This document shows, in pieces, positions 60,234 to 64,000 of a stretch of 64,000 nucleotides of DNA (the stretch's first letter is position 1; each line of letters begins with the position of its first letter). The notes below the pieces were generated by a model. It was not told where the DNA came from and searched no databases. It was given only the letters and a program-made list of their open reading frames with translations. Made by a program: the position numbers and the translations under genes. Source of the stretch: a virus; IMG/VR virus record IMGVR_UViG_3300035665_003403, positions 84,825 through 148,824 of that record; one strand, given 5' to 3'.

Positions 60234-60785
60234 ATGATTACACCCAATAAACAACCTAAATTAACAATTGAATTGGTCCCTAAAACTTGTCACTATTCTT
60301 CAGCTAGAACTATACTAACCAAAAAACAATGGGATATAGTTAGATTTATGGCTTATGAAGAAGCCAATAATAAATGTAAGATATGCAAACAACTTGGAAA
60401 AGAACAAGGTTTTAGACACAATCTAGAAGCTCATGAAATATGGGAATATGATGATGTTAATAATATTCAATCATTAATCGGATTAATCGCTTTATGCCCA
60501 AAATGTCATTTAACTAAACATATCGGTAGAGCCAATGCTATGGGAAAACAAGCATTAATATTTGAACATATTGAGAAAGTTAATAAATGGTCCCATTTAG
60601 ATGTGTTAAATCATCTGGTTGAATCGTTTGAATTATACAAGGTAAGGTCAACCCATGAATGGAAATTAGACCTAACTATACTAACACAAGAACCATATAA
60701 TTTAAAATTAAATACCCCAACCAAAAGAAAATTTGATAAGAAAAAAGTTTATAAAAAAAGAAAACGTAGGAAGGTTCGTAAATAA
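60234..60785 (+). CDS. HNH endonuclease (start revised)
   Basis: LTIELVP, W..VR, CKIC, LEAHE.W, LCPKCH..KH.G. Confidence 0.85.
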   Translation: MITPNKQPKLTIELVPKTCHYSSARTILTKKQWDIVRFMAYEEANNKCKICKQLGKEQGFRHNLEAHEIWEYDDVNNIQSLIGLIALCPKCHLTKHIGRANAMGKQALIFEHIEKVNKWSHLDVLNHLVESFELYKVRSTHEWKLDLTILTQEPYNLKLNTPTKRKFDKKKVYKKRKRRKVRK

Positions 60786-60802
60786 ACCAATATTTATAAA
60801 TT

Positions 60803-61660
60803 ATGAGTGAGTTAAGTAAAAAACTTCTAAGAGAACAACTTGAAAATAAAATTATACCAAATCTAAGATTAGATGAAACGGATGAACTGTGTGTTGCCTT
60901 TGATGAAAATATAAAAATACTTAGTAAATTACCAAAAAATGTAATAGATAGTTTTAAAATAAAAAACACACTAAACACTAAAATTTGGTCCGATGACAAA
61001 CTAATTCCAGAAATAAAAACTAAGTTACAAGAAATTGCCGATGAATTTTATAAGACATTAGAATTACCTTCAAATATAAAAATAAAAGATATCATATTTA
61101 CTGGTAGTTTAGCTAATTTTAATTGGTCAGAATTTTCTGATGTTGATTTACACTTGGTATTGGATTTCGAAGAAATAAATGATGACCTGGACTTTACTCA
61201 AAATTACTTCATGGCTCAAAAAAATCTATGGAATGAAACTCATAATATCACCATAAATGATTATCCAGTCGAATTATATGTCCAAGATGTGGATGACGAA
61301 CTAGAAGCTACAGCAATCTATTCAATCAAAAAAGATAAGTGGTTATTAAAACCAGAAAAAGAAAGTTTTAAATTAGATGTTAAAAATCTTAAATTAAAAG
61401 CTGAAAAAATAATGTATCAAATTAGAGATATCAGAGATAAATTCAAAGCCAAAGATTATCAATATGTTATCGATAAATCAACCGCATTAAAAGATAAAAT
61501 TAAAAAAATGAGGAAAAGTGGTCTTGAAAAAGGAGGTGAGTTTTCAATGGAAAATTTGGTTTTTAAAGCTCTAAGAAGAACCGATTTTATGGAAATAATC
61601 GCTAACTTTAAAAACCAAGCTACAGATATGTTATTATCATTAAATGAATCTAACCCTTAG
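60803..61660 (+). CDS. Pol-beta-family nucleotidyltransferase
   Basis: TGSLANFNWSEFSDVDLH...VELYVQD; R..GL...GEFS.ENLVFK.LR; leader SKKLLRE. Confidence 0.82.
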   Translation: MSELSKKLLREQLENKIIPNLRLDETDELCVAFDENIKILSKLPKNVIDSFKIKNTLNTKIWSDDKLIPEIKTKLQEIADEFYKTLELPSNIKIKDIIFTGSLANFNWSEFSDVDLHLVLDFEEINDDLDFTQNYFMAQKNLWNETHNITINDYPVELYVQDVDDELEATAIYSIKKDKWLLKPEKESFKLDVKNLKLKAEKIMYQIRDIRDKFKAKDYQYVIDKSTALKDKIKKMRKSGLEKGGEFSMENLVFKALRRTDFMEIIANFKNQATDMLLSLNESNP

Positions 61661-62102
61661 GTTTTCCATAATGCTTTATATAACTCATTAAGCATTCACC
61701 CTTGAATTTAACCCATCTGGTCATGTTTATCTTAATGTCTAATTTCTTAGCTAACTTTAATCCGTATTCCCAAGCTTTAAATTCCTCTTCAATTACATCA
61801 ATACAATATGATTGTGTTCTACTGTAATTATTAACTTTACTATTCATGATATTTTCTTCCATTAAAGCTAATGTGGGGAATTCTTTCTTAAATTTCACAT
61901 AATTCTTTCTCATCTCAACATGACCCAATTCATGCAATAGTAAAAATAATTTAGATTCATCACTAACCCCAGATTCAATACTAATTTTTTTATTATCTGC
62001 ATTGAATCTAATATATGAGGCACTCCCATTCAACTCAACAGGAAACCCTAACTTATTTGAATAAGCAACTAATTTTCCAATATTTGATTGAATTACCCCC
62101 AT
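61650..62102 (-). CDS. ImmA/IrrE-like zinc metallopeptidase
   Basis: LLHELGH...EEFKAW. Confidence 0.7.
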   Translation of the reverse strand: MGVIQSNIGKLVAYSNKLGFPVELNGSASYIRFNADNKKISIESGVSDESKLFLLLHELGHVEMRKNYVKFKKEFPTLALMEENIMNSKVNNYSRTQSYCIDVIEEEFKAWEYGLKLAKKLDIKINMTRWVKFKGECLMSYIKHYGKPKG

Positions 62103-62169
62103 ATGTTATAAATATAACTTCCTACTTTAAATAAAAATTTAAATCACTAACACTATGATTTCTAAATGT

Positions 62170-63261
62170 TTATATTATTTTATCCATAAAAGATACGAAT
62201 CTATCGTGTGGTACTGAAACACATATTCTAGATAAATGCGAGTAATCATATGATAATTCATCTGTGACAAATTTACTCATAGAAACTGACCCAATCCTAT
62301 GCTCCATTAGAAATTCCTGTCTATAATTGATTACAGCAAATATTCCGCTAGGTAATATTTCATACCCATAACCATTACCGTTATAAATCTCTGTACTTAA
62401 AAGAAGATTGTTGTTTAAGAAATCAATATTTTCTTTTATATTTGAAACTGTTATTTCCCTAAATTCATTAATGTGATTATAATGATTACTGATTAAATCA
62501 CCTAATATTATTTGAGGCAAAGTGCTAACACTATTCAAACTATAAAGTAATCTAATTTTTAATTCTTTATTAAAATTAATATTGTTAGAATATATGAACC
62601 CAATCCTAAATCCAGGTAAACCAACCCATTTGGAAAAAGACTCACAAATAATTACATTATCAAATAAACATACATTTTTAAACAAATCATCAACGAACAA
62701 TTTTTGATATGGACAATCTAAAATAATAGTAACATTTTTTAACCTACTTATTTCTTCCAATAAGATATCATTTCCAACCATAATACCAGTTGGATTATTT
62801 GGGTCACAAATAATAACAACATCACGATTACTTAAATTATTTAAATTAGATAATGAATTATACCATCTGATTTTTTTATTTCTAATTTGTGCTATTTTTC
62901 TATACGACCCCCAATGAAATTTAGGTAACCAAATAGTTTCAAATTCCAAAGTTTGAAAAACTAAATCTAATGATGACATACCACCAGGTGTTATGCTTAT
63001 CTTATCCAATTCATCATCACCGTAAAAGTATTCGTTATCAATGGCTTTTTTTAATGATAAGACACCATCGTTGGGTGCATAATGTTGAATGCTAATATCC
63101 CTGTAATTTAAATCGACCCAATCTAAATTTATTTTTGTAACATTATTTATACCTCGATTTAATTCTAAATAATCTAAACCAGTTTCATTCTTCATTTTTT
63201 TAATATCTAACCCAATAGACACAATACTTGAAAAATCAGCACCACTCTTATTTATTTCCAT
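62170..63261 (-). CDS. PLP-dependent aminotransferase class I/II
   Basis: PNNPTG, ILDCPY, SFSKWVGLPGFRIG. Confidence 0.9.
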   Translation of the reverse strand: MEINKSGADFSSIVSIGLDIKKMKNETGLDYLELNRGINNVTKINLDWVDLNYRDISIQHYAPNDGVLSLKKAIDNEYFYGDDELDKISITPGGMSSLDLVFQTLEFETIWLPKFHWGSYRKIAQIRNKKIRWYNSLSNLNNLSNRDVVIICDPNNPTGIMVGNDILLEEISRLKNVTIILDCPYQKLFVDDLFKNVCLFDNVIICESFSKWVGLPGFRIGFIYSNNINFNKELKIRLLYSLNSVSTLPQIILGDLISNHYNHINEFREITVSNIKENIDFLNNNLLLSTEIYNGNGYGYEILPSGIFAVINYRQEFLMEHRIGSVSMSKFVTDELSYDYSHLSRICVSVPHDRFVSFMDKII

Positions 63262-63288
63262 AATATACTATTTTAGTTTTTAATTCCA

Positions 63289-63723
63289 CTATTTATCACC
63301 CATCTTATGTATTAAATCATCTAAGGTTATTGGTTTCCTATAATACTTTAAATTTTTCATACCTTTTAAGCGTTCTACGATTCGTTCTTTAACAATTAAC
63401 CTATCAGTATTACTTTCGATATAATCATTCCATAATGAAGAATTTATACCATTAAATGAGTCTGAAAAATCCGTAACCTCAAACCCTCTTGAAATACACT
63501 CATTGGTTAATTCCAAATAACGTTTATTTAAATAACTTATTTTATCATAAAAAAATATTACATGACCTTTACCTAAGGTGAATTGCTTTGGAATCTTACT
63601 AAGATTTATCTTGGCTTTCCCAGATTTAATCATATTAGGTATCCTAAGTATTTCAATCCTTTCTTTTATTAAATGAGCATCACATAATTCAATTGCTCTA
63701 ATTGCTGATGATATTCTAGTCAT
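63289..63723 (-). CDS. denV: Pyrimidine-dimer DNA glycosylase (endonuclease V)
   Basis: MTRI...LCDAHL..E..EI.RI; FTLGKGHVIFFYDK..YL.KRY..L..EC..RG. Confidence 0.92.
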   Translation of the reverse strand: MTRISSAIRAIELCDAHLIKERIEILRIPNMIKSGKAKINLSKIPKQFTLGKGHVIFFYDKISYLNKRYLELTNECISRGFEVTDFSDSFNGINSSLWNDYIESNTDRLIVKERIVERLKGMKNLKYYRKPITLDDLIHKMGDK

Positions 63724-64000
63724 TTCTTATGCTTTTTAATGTTAATTTAATTGCTTTACCAATATCTATTTTAATAAAATATTCATCAAATATGACTTCG
63801 ATATACCAATTAATTAAATTCCTGAATGTAAAATCAATCGAGAATACATCAAATACCCTCTCTATATTAATAGATTTAGATAATTTGACTAATCCACTTA
63901 ATATTTTATCAATATCTTTAATATGTGGTGAATAATGAAATAATTCCATTAATATGGTGTGATAAACCGCATCATTAGGTGCCATATTCAAATCATAAAA
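63716..64000 (-). CDS. Hypothetical protein, possibly 5'-truncated
   Basis: Frame is open to the window edge; overlaps the denV start. Confidence 0.45.
   Translation of the reverse strand, partial: FYDLNMAPNDAVYHTILMELFHYSPHIKDIDKILSGLVKLSKSINIERVFDVFSIDFTFRNLINWYIEVIFDEYFIKIDIGKAIKLTLKSIRND

Larger units (their letters stand above)
8231..62114. promoter_or_regulatory. Recurrent TATTTAT putative late promoter (about 20 copies on the coding strand)
   Basis: +: 8231, 13201, 17566, 19192, 49666, 50282, 55308, 60791. -: 17503, 20642, 23145, 28172, 30054, 32589, 35823, 37626, 43208, 45094, 53013, 56866, 58591, 60228, 62108. Confidence 0.8.

Noticed and set aside
1-64000. Stop-codon reassignment as in some huge phages
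   Set aside because: Core genes are intact under code 11, and TAG/TGA end genes at sensible boundaries
1-64000. CRISPR arrays, tRNA or rRNA genes
   Set aside because: No regularly spaced repeats or cloverleaf/T-loop signatures noticed; intergenic spaces are short

Overview
Very AT-rich, gene-dense 64 kb segment of a large T4-like (jumbo/huge) tailed phage, read in the standard genetic code. The host is most likely Bacteroidota: TAnnTTTG -7 boxes, no Shine-Dalgarno motifs, and a T9SS C-terminal sorting domain protein. Left to right: a glycosyl/methyltransferase island (1-8080); phoH, HAD-like and GT genes plus a gp55-like late sigma factor; baseplate/virion genes; an RHH+HNH cassette; a zinc-ribbon gene whose transcript has paired ends and a structured leader; and a reverse-strand head module (terminase, intein-containing portal, a holin/lipoprotein cluster, intein-containing prohead protease, scaffold, gp23-like capsid). 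The rest holds thyA, clpC, an SLT, an LRR protein, a solo TnpB, a protein heptosyltransferase-like gene and denV. The strongest unexplained signals are: (1) about 10 enzymes/proteins (ART-like, nucleotidyltransferase, papain-like, ParB-like, zincin/GNAT) that are mostly late-promoter linked and share an N-terminal I/L-K/R-x-x-L-x-E leader and internal L/I-x-E junctions, suggesting a capsid-targeted, protease-processed cargo system; (2) the 19202-20090 transcript with a 15-bp end-to-end stem and a three-way-junction leader; (3) a -1 frameshift at an A10 run (42334-42343) that fuses two ORFs; (4) a TATTTAT late promoter giving near-leaderless mRNAs; (5) apparent GATC avoidance. All family assignments come from motif recognition by eye, not database searches.
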